From Nitrospinota bacterium (lineage in GTDB: Bacteria; Nitrospinota_A; UBA7883; JACRLM01), in the NCBI GenBank assembly GCA_015231995.1, contig JADGAO010000002.1, forward strand, positions 2,500 to 38,995: a DNA stretch of 36,496 nucleotides, given 5' to 3'. The notes beneath the pieces are model-generated. The model was not told the origin of the DNA. It did no database searches and saw only the letters and a list, made by a program, of their open reading frames with translations. Shown here piece by piece: positions 26,426 through 35,741 of the stretch; position 1 is the first letter of the stretch, and each line of letters opens with the position of its first letter. The translations under genes were made by a program, and so were the position numbers.

Positions 26426-27404
26426 CGGCGTCGAGCCTCACGTCGGCGGGCATACCGGGTTTCAACTCCAGCCCATCGTTTTTGACGGCCACTTTCATGG
26501 CGAAGACCAGCTTGACGCGCTCTTCCTTTGTCTGGATGTTTTTGGGCGTAAACTCCGCCTCCGACGCGATATGGCTCACCGTTCCCTCGAAAACCTTTCC
26601 CGGATAAGAGTCCACCGTCACAAAAGCCCTCTGCCCGATTTTGACGGTGTTAAGCTTGTCTTCCTTGACGTAGACGCGCACCCAGGGGTGTTGGAGATCG
26701 GCTATCGTCGCCACCGGTGCCCCTACGCCTGCGGATTCGCCTGGCTCCATGTTCCGGCGCAGTGTTATTCCCGACACCGGGGAGTATAACGTCGCGTCCT
26801 TAAGCCGCTCGCTGGCCAGCGACAGGGCCGCTTCCGCCTGCCGTACGCGGGCTTTGGCCGCCACGATGGATTCCTTTCTCGGCCCTTCCACCGCAAGACT
26901 GTGAGCCTCGACGGTTTTTTTGTGGATGTTGAATGACACGTCGCGGCCTCTCTGCGCCTCCTCCAGTTTTTGGGCGGAGATGGCGCCGCTGTCATGTAGG
27001 AAAACCGCCCGTTTAAGCTCCTTTTCCGTTTTATCAAGCTCGGCTTTGGCCTGCGCTATAGAGGCGGACGCCTGGGCGATGTCCTGCTTGCGCGATCCGG
27101 CGGAAATCTCGTCAAGCCTGGCGAGAGCCTCGTCAAGCGCCGCCATCGCCTGCTCGACGGTTTTTTCCAGCTCCGCGCTTTCCAGCTTTGCGAGCATCTC
27201 CCCTTCGCTTACTCTGCGGCCCTCGTCGGTAAAAATCTCCGCGATTCTTCCGGGAGCCTTGAAGCCAAGGTCAACCTCCGTCACCTCCACGTTTCCGAAA
27301 AGGATAAGGGCTCCGGTCTCTTTGGCGGCGTTTGACGAATAGTAATAAAACCCTAATCCTGCGGCCACGGCCAGCAGGATAAACGCCACGGCGAATTTCT
27401 TCAT
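26412..27404 (-). CDS. HlyD-family membrane fusion protein (YbhG-like)
   Basis: N-terminal anchor, lipoyl/coiled-coil region, AEFTPKNIQT..R, LKPGMPADV. Confidence 0.92.
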   Translation of the reverse strand: MKKFAVAFILLAVAAGLGFYYYSSNAAKETGALILFGNVEVTEVDLGFKAPGRIAEIFTDEGRRVSEGEMLAKLESAELEKTVEQAMAALDEALARLDEISAGSRKQDIAQASASIAQAKAELDKTEKELKRAVFLHDSGAISAQKLEEAQRGRDVSFNIHKKTVEAHSLAVEGPRKESIVAAKARVRQAEAALSLASERLKDATLYSPVSGITLRRNMEPGESAGVGAPVATIADLQHPWVRVYVKEDKLNTVKIGQRAFVTVDSYPGKVFEGTVSHIASEAEFTPKNIQTKEERVKLVFAMKVAVKNDGLELKPGMPADVRLDAGGRG

Positions 27405-28726
27405 TTCGAAATCTCCAAGGAGTTGGAAAGCTCCCCCATAGCCCTTGCAAGGGCCACCAGGCTTGCGTCCCTGTCGTAAACGGCCTGACTATGATCGTTC
27501 TCTACCCGAAGAGTCGAAACCGCCGCGTCCGTTACGTCAGTGGACGAACCCTGCCCCGCGCCAAACCGGAGCTGTTCCACACGCAGGGCTTCTGCGGCCG
27601 CCGTCACTGCTGGCGTTAACATTTCGATCCTCTTCTCGGACAGATCAACGCCGAGGCGGGCCTCTTTCACCTCCCGCGTTATGTTGATACGCAATGCCCG
27701 CTCTTCCACCTTCGCCTTTTCCATCTCCATCGTCTCTTTTGCGGATTCATGGGCGATGGTTCCGCCGTCCAGTATGGGCACGCTCATCCTCAACGAAGCG
27801 CTCCAGTTTTCGTTGAGCCTCATGTCGTCGGCGGATCTCCCGCCATAATCGCCCGTGAGCGTGACGATGGGAAGCCTTTTGCCGCCTGCGATAAGGGCGC
27901 GTTCCTCGAAAATCTTTATTCGTGTCCTTGCGGACGAAAGCTCGCTTCGTTTCGACAGCGCGCCTTTTATGGATTCGTCTTCCGAAGGGAAGGGGAATAT
28001 CGTGGCCTGATATTTTGCCAATTCGATCCGGGCGGAGACGTCTTCGATTCCCATCAATGACTTCAAAGCCTCCATCGCGTTCTCTGCGCTGTTCGAGACG
28101 ACGCTGACGTTGTGCCGGGCGCGGGCCAGCTCCACCTCGCTTTTTAACACATCCAGTTTGGGGAGCGAACCGCTTTGGTGAAACGAAACCACATCTTTAT
28201 GATGCGCCTCCATCTGGCTCACTGCCGCTTCGGCGGAAGACTTCATTTTCTCCAACTGCAATATCTTGAAGTATAGGCTGGCGATGTTGAACAACAGGTC
28301 TTCGCGCGATGTGGAAAGCGAGTCTCTCGCCGCCGACTGTCGAAGATGCGCCACCGCTACGTTTCTTTCGAGCCGTCCACCCCTGTATATGGGAAGCGAG
28401 AACGACAACCCCGCGTCATACACCGGATTGGAAAAATCGGGAAAACTTGCGCCCGGCCCCGGTTTGCCCGATATGGGAGAAAGGGGCGAATCGTAACGCG
28501 ACCTAGTGGCGGCCATCTGCGCGTCCAGCCGCAGTCTGCGCTCCCCCTCTGCGATTTGTACGCTCTCGCCCTCGGAGGTTACGTCAATGGATGCGGCTTT
28601 GAGCCTTGGGTTGTTTTGCAGGGCATAGACGGCGATGTCTTTGAGCGTCATCGGGCCGTCCGCGCCAAATACGGCGTGCGCCGTTATGAGCAGTGCCCCT
28701 AGCGCGAAAATGGAGGCGAGTCTCAT
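27401..28726 (-). CDS. TolC-family outer membrane efflux protein
   Basis: Signal peptide, ALQNNPRL, LPIYRGG, YFKIL, VPILDGG; first gene of the HlyD-ABC operon. Confidence 0.9.
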   Translation of the reverse strand: MRLASIFALGALLITAHAVFGADGPMTLKDIAVYALQNNPRLKAASIDVTSEGESVQIAEGERRLRLDAQMAATRSRYDSPLSPISGKPGPGASFPDFSNPVYDAGLSFSLPIYRGGRLERNVAVAHLRQSAARDSLSTSREDLLFNIASLYFKILQLEKMKSSAEAAVSQMEAHHKDVVSFHQSGSLPKLDVLKSEVELARARHNVSVVSNSAENAMEALKSLMGIEDVSARIELAKYQATIFPFPSEDESIKGALSKRSELSSARTRIKIFEERALIAGGKRLPIVTLTGDYGGRSADDMRLNENWSASLRMSVPILDGGTIAHESAKETMEMEKAKVEERALRINITREVKEARLGVDLSEKRIEMLTPAVTAAAEALRVEQLRFGAGQGSSTDVTDAAVSTLRVENDHSQAVYDRDASLVALARAMGELSNSLEISK

Positions 28727-28760
28727 GCCATACCTCGAACAAGACCCGTTATTAGTTGCT

Positions 28761-28785
28761 GTCCGGGGAGTTTTTCACCTCGGAC
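28761..28785. repeat. Third copy of the GGTG-TTYTT-CACC hairpin family
   Basis: GCT-GTCCGGGGAG-TTTTT-CACCTCGGAC; same length, loop size and GCT lead-in as the 20007 and 20067 copies. Confidence 0.7.
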
Positions 28786-28799
28786 GCTTGGGCGCTCCC

Positions 28800-28893
28800 A
28801 GGCCCCCTGACAAGGGGGCGGCGAACGATAGTGAGCGGGGGGTTCCTAACCCCTCCGGCGCGAAGACGCGCCACCTCCCCTTGTCAGTGGAGC
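28800..28893. repeat. Multi-hairpin CCCC/GGGG palindromic element, copy B
   Basis: AGGCCCCCTGACAAGGGGGC..CCCCTCCGGCGCG..CGCGCCACCTCCCCTTGTCA; inverted homolog of 12499-12588. Confidence 0.85.
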
Positions 28894-28909
28894 AATACCC
28901 TCCATCCGG

Positions 28910-30145
28910 TCAATCGCTGGATTTTATCTGGTCAATGGTCTGCTTCACCAACGTCTCGGCCACGTCGAGGGTCACTTCCCCGGCAACTTTCCTGAAGGAC
29001 TCAAGAAGGCTCGGAGCCATGTCCGACATGACGGCTTTAACCGCCGCTTCCACGCTGTCGCGCACGGCCTTGTCCGCGAACGCCGACGCAACTGCGGACT
29101 GCACAGCCGCTTCCACCACAGCCGGGATGTCCATGCCCATCAAGGCAGACCTCACGGCGCGTTCCACCGCCTCTTCCATCATGGAGGGGTTGACCGGGCT
29201 TGTATCTATCCGCCCGGAACCCGTGGCGGATGGCTTCGCCGGCGTTATCGGTTCTTCCTCCTCGATGGCCCTCAACATGGCCTGCGCTTCTTCGGAGAGG
29301 TCGTCTTCGAGGAAAACGGTCTTGTCTGCCCCGGCGAGTACGGCGTCCGGTTCCGTTTCTTCCGCATGTTCTCCCGGCGTTGTCCGTACAATGATTTCAT
29401 CCTCGTCCGCCAGGGCCTTTATCGCGGCGTCTGTCGCCGGGTACTCGGCCAATTCCAGGTCCGTCTCCGAACCGGTCAGCGTCTCCACCGCAAGGTCTTC
29501 GTCGTCGCCTTCTTTGTAATCATCGTCGGCGACGTCTTCCACCAGGTCGAGTATCTTCACCGAAGCCCCCGAGGGAGGCGCAGGTTGCACAGCCTCTGGA
29601 ACGGCGTCGGCTTTCTCTTCCACGTTGTCCCAGGCGGAGTTCAAGGCCCGCTCCATGTCTTCATCCCCGGTCTCCGAAGAGTCGAGCGAATCCATGATGC
29701 TGTCGAGCGATATGTCTATGTCCTCGAAAGTGTCGTCAAGCCCCTGGACGGGAGCCGGGCCAGCCCCTCCCGCAGTCGTGTTGATGGCCTCCATGACCTG
29801 CCGGACCATGTCCTCCGACCTGAACGGTTTTTCAAACCTGCCGGACGCTCCCACTCTTTTTGCTTTGTCTTCGTCGAAGTCGTCGAGGGCGGAGGAAAGC
29901 ATGTAGACGGGAATGGAGTTTGTGTCCGGATTTTTTTTAATGGCCTGGCAAAGCTCGAAACCGTCCATCTCCGGCATATTGACGTCGGCGATTATCATGT
30001 CCGGCTTTTCATTTAACGCCATCGAGAGAGCGGACTTGCCGTCGCTTGCGACCATGATGTCTATATCTTCACCCTCGAAGGCCAGCTCGAACACCTTCTG
30101 GATGGTGACGCTATCGTCCGCAATAAGGACGCAAATTTTGCTCAT
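28910..30145 (-). CDS. romR: RomR-like response regulator (REC, acidic disordered linker, helical C-terminus)
   Basis: REC 'LIADDSVTIQKV..ADVNMP..DFDEDKA..KPFRSEDM' and C-terminal 'RKVAGEVTLDVAETLVKQTIDQI' resemble Myxococcus RomR (recalled, not searched). No DNA-binding domain. Confidence 0.7.
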   Translation of the reverse strand: MSKICVLIADDSVTIQKVFELAFEGEDIDIMVASDGKSALSMALNEKPDMIIADVNMPEMDGFELCQAIKKNPDTNSIPVYMLSSALDDFDEDKAKRVGASGRFEKPFRSEDMVRQVMEAINTTAGGAGPAPVQGLDDTFEDIDISLDSIMDSLDSSETGDEDMERALNSAWDNVEEKADAVPEAVQPAPPSGASVKILDLVEDVADDDYKEGDDEDLAVETLTGSETDLELAEYPATDAAIKALADEDEIIVRTTPGEHAEETEPDAVLAGADKTVFLEDDLSEEAQAMLRAIEEEEPITPAKPSATGSGRIDTSPVNPSMMEEAVERAVRSALMGMDIPAVVEAAVQSAVASAFADKAVRDSVEAAVKAVMSDMAPSLLESFRKVAGEVTLDVAETLVKQTIDQIKSSD

Positions 30146-30214
30146 AAAACCATAATACGCTTGGAAACCCCTGAAAACACTTCTTTTTCGCCCATTTTAC
30201 GCCAGTTTTTCATT

Positions 30215-30381
30215 TGTGTCCAAAATTAACACAGTTTTTCCGGGCCTGTCAAACAATGCGATGCGAGCCTCTTGATATTATCTTCACCTGTTGTTAGCCT
30301 GAATCAAGATGTTGGATGTTTAAATCCCGTCTTGTGGCTGGGGATAAGTCGCCGTGACCGATTTCCGGCATACGCCATGCA
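30215..30381 (+). promoter_or_regulatory. sigma54 promoter with IHF site and bEBP UAS for the multiheme cytochrome
   Basis: TGTGT-N9-ACACA (30215-30233), exact IHF consensus AATCAAGATGTTG (30302-30314), and CGGCATACGCCATGCA = GG-N10-GC (30367-30380). Confidence 0.7.
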
Positions 30382-30449
30382 TAATCTAAAATCGTATAGC
30401 GCAGGCCCGCATGGCCTGATGCGCTGGCGGACTATTGGGGAGAGCGACG

Positions 30450-31322
30450 ATGAAAAAGTCATTGGCTGTTTTGTTGACGATGACGTTGATGATGCTCGCC
30501 GCCTGCGGAGGCAGTACCACAAGCGGCGGCGGGGGTTCGTCCTCATCGTCTTCTTCCGGCGGGTCGAGCGCCGATTTAAGCTCCATCGCGCTTAAACCCG
30601 ACTTCTCGTGGCACGACTCATACCTGGTGGGGACGCACGCCTCATTCCCATGCGGGACCACCTGCCACACCCCGGCGCTCACCGCCAAAGCCGGCCCCTC
30701 CGCAGGCTATGCGGTGACTTCGGAAAGGAGACAGATATGTTACCAGTGCCACGCCGCCAACTATAACGCCACCAGTTTTATTAACCACGCGTCGTACAAC
30801 ATGGGGACGTATTGCAATTCCTGCCATTACTCTGACAGTTTCAAGACGCGCAACAGGATCAGCCACTCCTCGTACCACCAGTACATAACCGCATCCTGCG
30901 AGACGTGCCATGCAACTCGTTATCCCTCCAGCCATACTAACGGCAGGACTTCCGGTTGCGCGAATTGCCATACATACAGCAACGGAAGCTGGGGGTTCAA
31001 GACCGGCGCTCACATTTACACATCCGGTTGTTCCAGTTGTCACGCTGGCAAAAAACCGTCCAGCCACAGTAAGTACAACACGGACAGTTGCGAACTTTGC
31101 CACAGCTATCCGTCATGGAGCGGCGCCAGCTTCAACCATTCGGGCACATCGTCAGGTTGCTCCACCTGTCACAGCGGGCATTATTCCCCCTACTCGTGCG
31201 AGGGATGCCACACACAGGGGATAAGCTGGTCGTTCCGCCACAACTCCGTTACGTCGGAGAATTGCTACGCCTGTCATCCAAACGGGTCCGGCGAGGATGA
31301 CGAAGGCGGAGGCGATGATTGA
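30450..31322 (+). CDS. Multiheme (9 CXXCH + 1 CX3CH) c-type cytochrome lipoprotein
   Basis: MKK..LAAC lipobox and G/S linker, then CGTTCH, CYQCH, CNSCH, CETCH, CANCH, CSSCH, CELCH, CSTCH, CEGCH, CYACH; GGAG RBS. Confidence 0.92.
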   Translation: MKKSLAVLLTMTLMMLAACGGSTTSGGGGSSSSSSSGGSSADLSSIALKPDFSWHDSYLVGTHASFPCGTTCHTPALTAKAGPSAGYAVTSERRQICYQCHAANYNATSFINHASYNMGTYCNSCHYSDSFKTRNRISHSSYHQYITASCETCHATRYPSSHTNGRTSGCANCHTYSNGSWGFKTGAHIYTSGCSSCHAGKKPSSHSKYNTDSCELCHSYPSWSGASFNHSGTSSGCSTCHSGHYSPYSCEGCHTQGISWSFRHNSVTSENCYACHPNGSGEDDEGGGDD

Positions 31323-31554
31323 TTGAAAACCATAGTAAATTTTCAGAACACAATCGCCTGGATGGTTCTGTCGCATCCGCTCCGCCGTTGCGTGGTAAAA
31401 TCGAACAGTGAGAAATAGCCGCTCCCTATGAGGCGCGGTTAACGCTACCTTTGCGGGGGGCGCTATGGAAGTCCGCGACATAACATCGGATGGAAGCCAT
31501 GCGCGGCTGGAGCGCATATGGCCGGATGAGGCGGGTATCGTGACTGCGCGAATT

Positions 31555-32478
31555 ATGCGATTGTTTGCCGTCTCCACATTTGCGCTCGTCTTTCAACTGT
31601 CTATGGAGTCGAACGCGCAGTCTTTCTACAAATGGGTGGACGACGATGGTGAAATTCACTACTCCGACACCTCAGCAGGCGTCCCCGCCAAATACCGGAA
31701 TCAGGTCAAAGAAGGGCAATTCGCAAAACGGCCTCCGCAATCCTCCGAAAGCCGTTCCAATAGCCCTCAGCCTGCGGAGGCGGTCTCTTCCAAAGACGCG
31801 GAACGGAAACTGAAAAAATACGAAATACCATACATCGCCTACGAAGGTTCGGCTCGGCGGATAATCATCCCGGTCAGGTTCAATAATTCGGTCACCGTCA
31901 ACATGGCGCTGGACACGGGCGCTCCGGGACTTGTTATTTCCACCCAACTCGCCGAGAGGCTGGGCCTTTTCGAAAAAGACGCCGGGTTGTTGTTGACTCA
32001 AGCAGGCGGGATAGGTGGCTCGACCCCAGCCATGCGGACTGTGATAGAGACGATACAGGTCGGCGACGCAAAGGACACGTTCATCCCAGCCACCATCACG
32101 GCCAAGCTTACGGCGGCGTTCGAGGGGCTTGTGGGGATGGATTTCATGTCCAACTTTTCCGTGACGATAGACACGCAGGGGAGGAAACTTGTATTGGAGG
32201 AACTGCAGTCTTCGTCGGCTAGGCCCGGCGGGCACGACGAGGATTGGTGGCGCATAAACTTTCACGATTTTGCGGCCGCACGGGCGGATTGGCGCAGGTT
32301 CGCCGACATTATGGCGGAGCAGGAACGCAACCGCACACTGCCCGGCGTTAGCTCCAGCCAGATAAAGCAGTGGAAGGCGGTGGCGGAAAAACAGTATATC
32401 GAGGCCGACAAGCTTTTCACCAGGCTCGACAGGCACGCCGCTAATAATTCAGTGCCGATGAATTGGCGGAAGTATTAG
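31555..32478 (+). CDS. Exported DUF4124 plus retropepsin-like aspartyl protease
   Basis: Signal-like N-terminus, YKWVDDDGEIHYSD (DUF4124), ALDTGA (catalytic Asp), GLVGMDF. Start uncertain (31465, 31540 or 31555). Confidence 0.82.
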   Translation: MRLFAVSTFALVFQLSMESNAQSFYKWVDDDGEIHYSDTSAGVPAKYRNQVKEGQFAKRPPQSSESRSNSPQPAEAVSSKDAERKLKKYEIPYIAYEGSARRIIIPVRFNNSVTVNMALDTGAPGLVISTQLAERLGLFEKDAGLLLTQAGGIGGSTPAMRTVIETIQVGDAKDTFIPATITAKLTAAFEGLVGMDFMSNFSVTIDTQGRKLVLEELQSSSARPGGHDEDWWRINFHDFAAARADWRRFADIMAEQERNRTLPGVSSSQIKQWKAVAEKQYIEADKLFTRLDRHAANNSVPMNWRKY

Positions 32479-32527
32479 GCGATAAGAGGCCAGGCCATTT
32501 CAGAACGGCGTTCGGGCGCGCCAAAAA

Positions 32528-32947
32528 TCAAATATCTGATGTGCAGTTTGGGCATCGGGTCGCTTTGACCGATATCGTTGAAAAGCATTTGGGGCAATCT
32601 CTTGTCGTCGGTTCGGCGGGTTTGGCTTGCTCTTTCTTTTTCAGGCGGTTCATCTGCTTTATTACGACAAATATCGTGAAGGCCACTATCAGGAAGTTCA
32701 AAACCGTGTTGATGAACAACCCGTATTTAATCACCACCGCCTCCGCCGTCGCTGTCTTTCCCCGGAGCGTTATGGACAAATCGGAGAAATCCACGTTGCT
32801 CATCAACATTCCCACAATCGGCATGATCATGTGGTTGACAAGCGAAGTGACGATGCTACCGAAAGCTCCGCCGATTATCACGCCGACCGCCATGTCAACG
32901 ACGTTGCCCTTTGACGCGAATTCCTTGAACTCCTGAAGCATTCCCAT
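32528..32947 (-). CDS. mscL: Large-conductance mechanosensitive channel with C-terminal Cys4 motif
   Basis: [48 protein letters not shown]; tail CPKC-x10-CPNC. Confidence 0.96.
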   Translation of the reverse strand: MGMLQEFKEFASKGNVVDMAVGVIIGGAFGSIVTSLVNHMIMPIVGMLMSNVDFSDLSITLRGKTATAEAVVIKYGLFINTVLNFLIVAFTIFVVIKQMNRLKKKEQAKPAEPTTRDCPKCFSTISVKATRCPNCTSDI

Positions 32948-33107
32948 CGCCAGCTCCTTTGCGAATATGTCCGAGTTTTACGCCTGAGCCCCCACCGTCT
33001 CTCGCTTGCGTCCGGTGGGTTCCATAATAGCAGTTATTTTTTACAGTCGGCGCTCTGGCTTTATAGCCGCCATTTTCCGGGCCACGGGAGGTTGGCTGAA
33101 ACGGTGA

Positions 33108-35741
33108 TCAGCCCCTCAGCTTCTTTCTCCACTCCGCAATCTTGTTAAGAGCCTCCACAGGGGTCATGCTGTTGACGTCGAGTTTTTTCAACTCGTCCTC
33201 CACCTCGCTTGTGTAAGGCGAAAATAGGCTCAACTGATAAACCGGCTGGGCCTGCGCCCCGCTGGCTTTTAACTTGGGATGCCCGGAGGCGTCAATCTCG
33301 TTGGCCTCAAGCTGTGTGAGAATTTCCCCAGCCCTCGTTATCACCTCGCGCGGCAGGCCAGCCAGCCGCGCAACCTGTATTCCGTAGCTTTTGTCCGCGC
33401 CGCCCTCGATTATCTTGCGCAGGAAGATGATTTCGTCGTTCCACTCCCGCACGGCCACGGAGAGGTTTTTCACGCCGGGCATGGAATCGGCCAGTTCCGC
33501 AAGCTCGTGGTAGTGCGTGGCGAAAAGCGTGCGCGCGCCGATCTTGCGTATATGCTCCGCAACTGCCCACGCTATCGAGATGCCGTCGAAGGTGGATGTG
33601 CCGCGTCCGATTTCGTCTAGCACGATGAGGCTTTTGGCCGTGGCGTTGTGTAGGATTAACGCGGTCTCGTTCATCTCCACCATGAAGGTTGACCGGCCTT
33701 TCTGCAGATGATCCTGCGCGCCGACACGGGTGAATATCCTGTCGCACACGCCTATCCGCGCCGAATCCGCAGGGACGTACGCCCCCGTCTGCGCGAGCAG
33801 GCATATCAAGGCCACCTGGCGGATGAACGTGGATTTACCCGCCATGTTCGGCCCGGTGATGATGGAGATCATGGCCGCCTCCCCGTCGAGGTACGCGTCG
33901 TTTGGCGTGAACCGCTCGGTCAACCCCGCACGCTCCAGCGCGGGGTGCCGCCCGGCCTTTATCTCGATAACGCCGCTGTCGTCCACCACCGGCTCCGCAT
34001 ACCCGCGTGTTTTGGCGACATGGGCGAGCGTCGCGTAAACGTCTATCTCGCCCGCGATAACGGCCATCGTCTGCGCCTGCCTCACGTTTTCCGACACCTT
34101 GCCGCGCACATCCGTAAACAGCGCAAGCTCTAAATCCAGCGCGTGTTCCTCGGCGTTTTGTATCTTGTCCTCAAGCTCTTTTAGCGCGGGGGAGACGAAC
34201 CTCTCGGCGTTGACCAGCGACTGTTTACGCATCCATTCCGCAGGCACGGTCTCCGCCTGTCTGCGGGTGACTTCGAAGAAATATCCGAAGACCCTGTTGT
34301 ACTTTATTTTCAGGTTGGATATCCCGGATCGCGCCCGTTCCTGCTCCTCGAGTTTCAGTATCAGCCCGCGCGCGTCTTTCTGCACGGAACGAAACTCGTC
34401 TAGCTGTGGATCGTATCCTTCCTGTATAACCCCGCCGTCGCGGGCGTGGACGGGCGCGTTTGGCGAAATGGCGCGTACAAGAAGCTGGGCCAACTCCCCC
34501 ATCTCTTCCCACATGGATTTCCACACTCGCCCTATCGAAGTATCGAGCGGCTCCACCGACATCCTCAATTTAGGAAGCCGCAGTAGGGCCTCTTTGAGCG
34601 CAAGCAAGTCGCGAGGGGAGCAGTTCGGCCCGGCGGCCCGGCCAACGGCGCGTTCCATGTCGCCAAGACCTGTCAACGTTTCCCTTATCGAATCTTTCAT
34701 GGGCCGGTTGTCGAAAAACGCTCTTACCGTCTCCTGCCGTTCGCGTATGGCATCAACGCCGGTGAGCGGCGCCAGTATCCATTCCTTCAAAAGCCGTCCG
34801 CCCATCGGCGTGGCGGTTTCGTCGAGGAGGCCAAGCAAAGAGCCCTCCCTGCCGCCGTCCATGATGTTGCGGGCCAGTTCCAGGTTCCTGCGTGTGGCGT
34901 GGTCGAGAAGCATGTGGTCGGACGGGTTTTTGACGACTATCCGGTTGAGATGCGCGATGGCGCCCTTCTGCGTTTCGGCGAGGTAATGGACGACCGCCCC
35001 TGCGGCGCAGGTCGCAAGGTCCATTTCCTCAAGCCCGAACCCGTCGAGGTTCGCCACCTTGAAACGCTCCAGCAGAACGCTTCGAGCCGTCTCGCGGTCG
35101 AACGTCCAGTCTTCCACCTTGTCCACAACGGCTCCGAATGCGGCCAGCGTCCGCGCAAGCGAGGGGCTTATTTCGTTGACGCTGTTGGGGGCGAGTATCT
35201 GGCGGGCGTCGAGCCTGTCGAGTTCGTTTTCCAGATCGCCGATGGAGTTGTCGCCTGTGAATTCCATCACCCAGACAAGGCCGGTGGAGACGTCTGCGGC
35301 GGCCAGCCCGAACCCGCGCCTGCCCGGGGCGACTGCGGCGAGGAAGTTGTGGGAACGGTCGTCGAGCAGGGCAGGCTCCATCACCGCGCCCGGAGTGACC
35401 ACGCGGGTGATATCCCTTTTCACGATGCCCTTGGCGAAACGCGGGTCTTCCATCTGGTCGCACACCGCCACCTTGAATCCGGCACGGATCATTTTGGCGA
35501 GGTAGCCTTCCACCGCGTGATGCGGCACACCGCACATGGGGACTTGCGACTCCGACCCTTTGTCCCGCGTCGTAAGCGCGATGTTGAGGACTTTGGAGGC
35601 GGTCACGGCGTCTTCCCCGAACATCTCGTAAAAATCGCCCATTCGGAAAAAGAGGATCGCGTCCGGCCTTTGCCGTTTTAGGTCCATGTACTGGCGCATC
35701 ATGGGCGTGAGCGTTGCTGTGGAAGGGGCGTTTTTACTCAA
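33108..35741 (-). CDS. mutS: DNA mismatch repair protein MutS
   Basis: TPMMRQY, GDFYEMF, TGPNMAGKST, STFMVEM, DEIGRGTST, THYHEL, SYGIQVA. Confidence 0.98.
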   Translation of the reverse strand: MSKNAPSTATLTPMMRQYMDLKRQRPDAILFFRMGDFYEMFGEDAVTASKVLNIALTTRDKGSESQVPMCGVPHHAVEGYLAKMIRAGFKVAVCDQMEDPRFAKGIVKRDITRVVTPGAVMEPALLDDRSHNFLAAVAPGRRGFGLAAADVSTGLVWVMEFTGDNSIGDLENELDRLDARQILAPNSVNEISPSLARTLAAFGAVVDKVEDWTFDRETARSVLLERFKVANLDGFGLEEMDLATCAAGAVVHYLAETQKGAIAHLNRIVVKNPSDHMLLDHATRRNLELARNIMDGGREGSLLGLLDETATPMGGRLLKEWILAPLTGVDAIRERQETVRAFFDNRPMKDSIRETLTGLGDMERAVGRAAGPNCSPRDLLALKEALLRLPKLRMSVEPLDTSIGRVWKSMWEEMGELAQLLVRAISPNAPVHARDGGVIQEGYDPQLDEFRSVQKDARGLILKLEEQERARSGISNLKIKYNRVFGYFFEVTRRQAETVPAEWMRKQSLVNAERFVSPALKELEDKIQNAEEHALDLELALFTDVRGKVSENVRQAQTMAVIAGEIDVYATLAHVAKTRGYAEPVVDDSGVIEIKAGRHPALERAGLTERFTPNDAYLDGEAAMISIITGPNMAGKSTFIRQVALICLLAQTGAYVPADSARIGVCDRIFTRVGAQDHLQKGRSTFMVEMNETALILHNATAKSLIVLDEIGRGTSTFDGISIAWAVAEHIRKIGARTLFATHYHELAELADSMPGVKNLSVAVREWNDEIIFLRKIIEGGADKSYGIQVARLAGLPREVITRAGEILTQLEANEIDASGHPKLKASGAQAQPVYQLSLFSPYTSEVEDELKKLDVNSMTPVEALNKIAEWRKKLRG

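Noticed and set aside
22343-28726. TolC-HlyD-ABC-2 operon as the exporter for the kamA-cluster product
   Set aside because: An ordinary Ybh-type exporter about 9 kb away with unrelated genes between; nothing in the sequence links them.
32507-32527. Terminator between the protease gene and mscL
   Set aside because: Only a 4-bp stem, and the T-run is on the wrong side for either strand.
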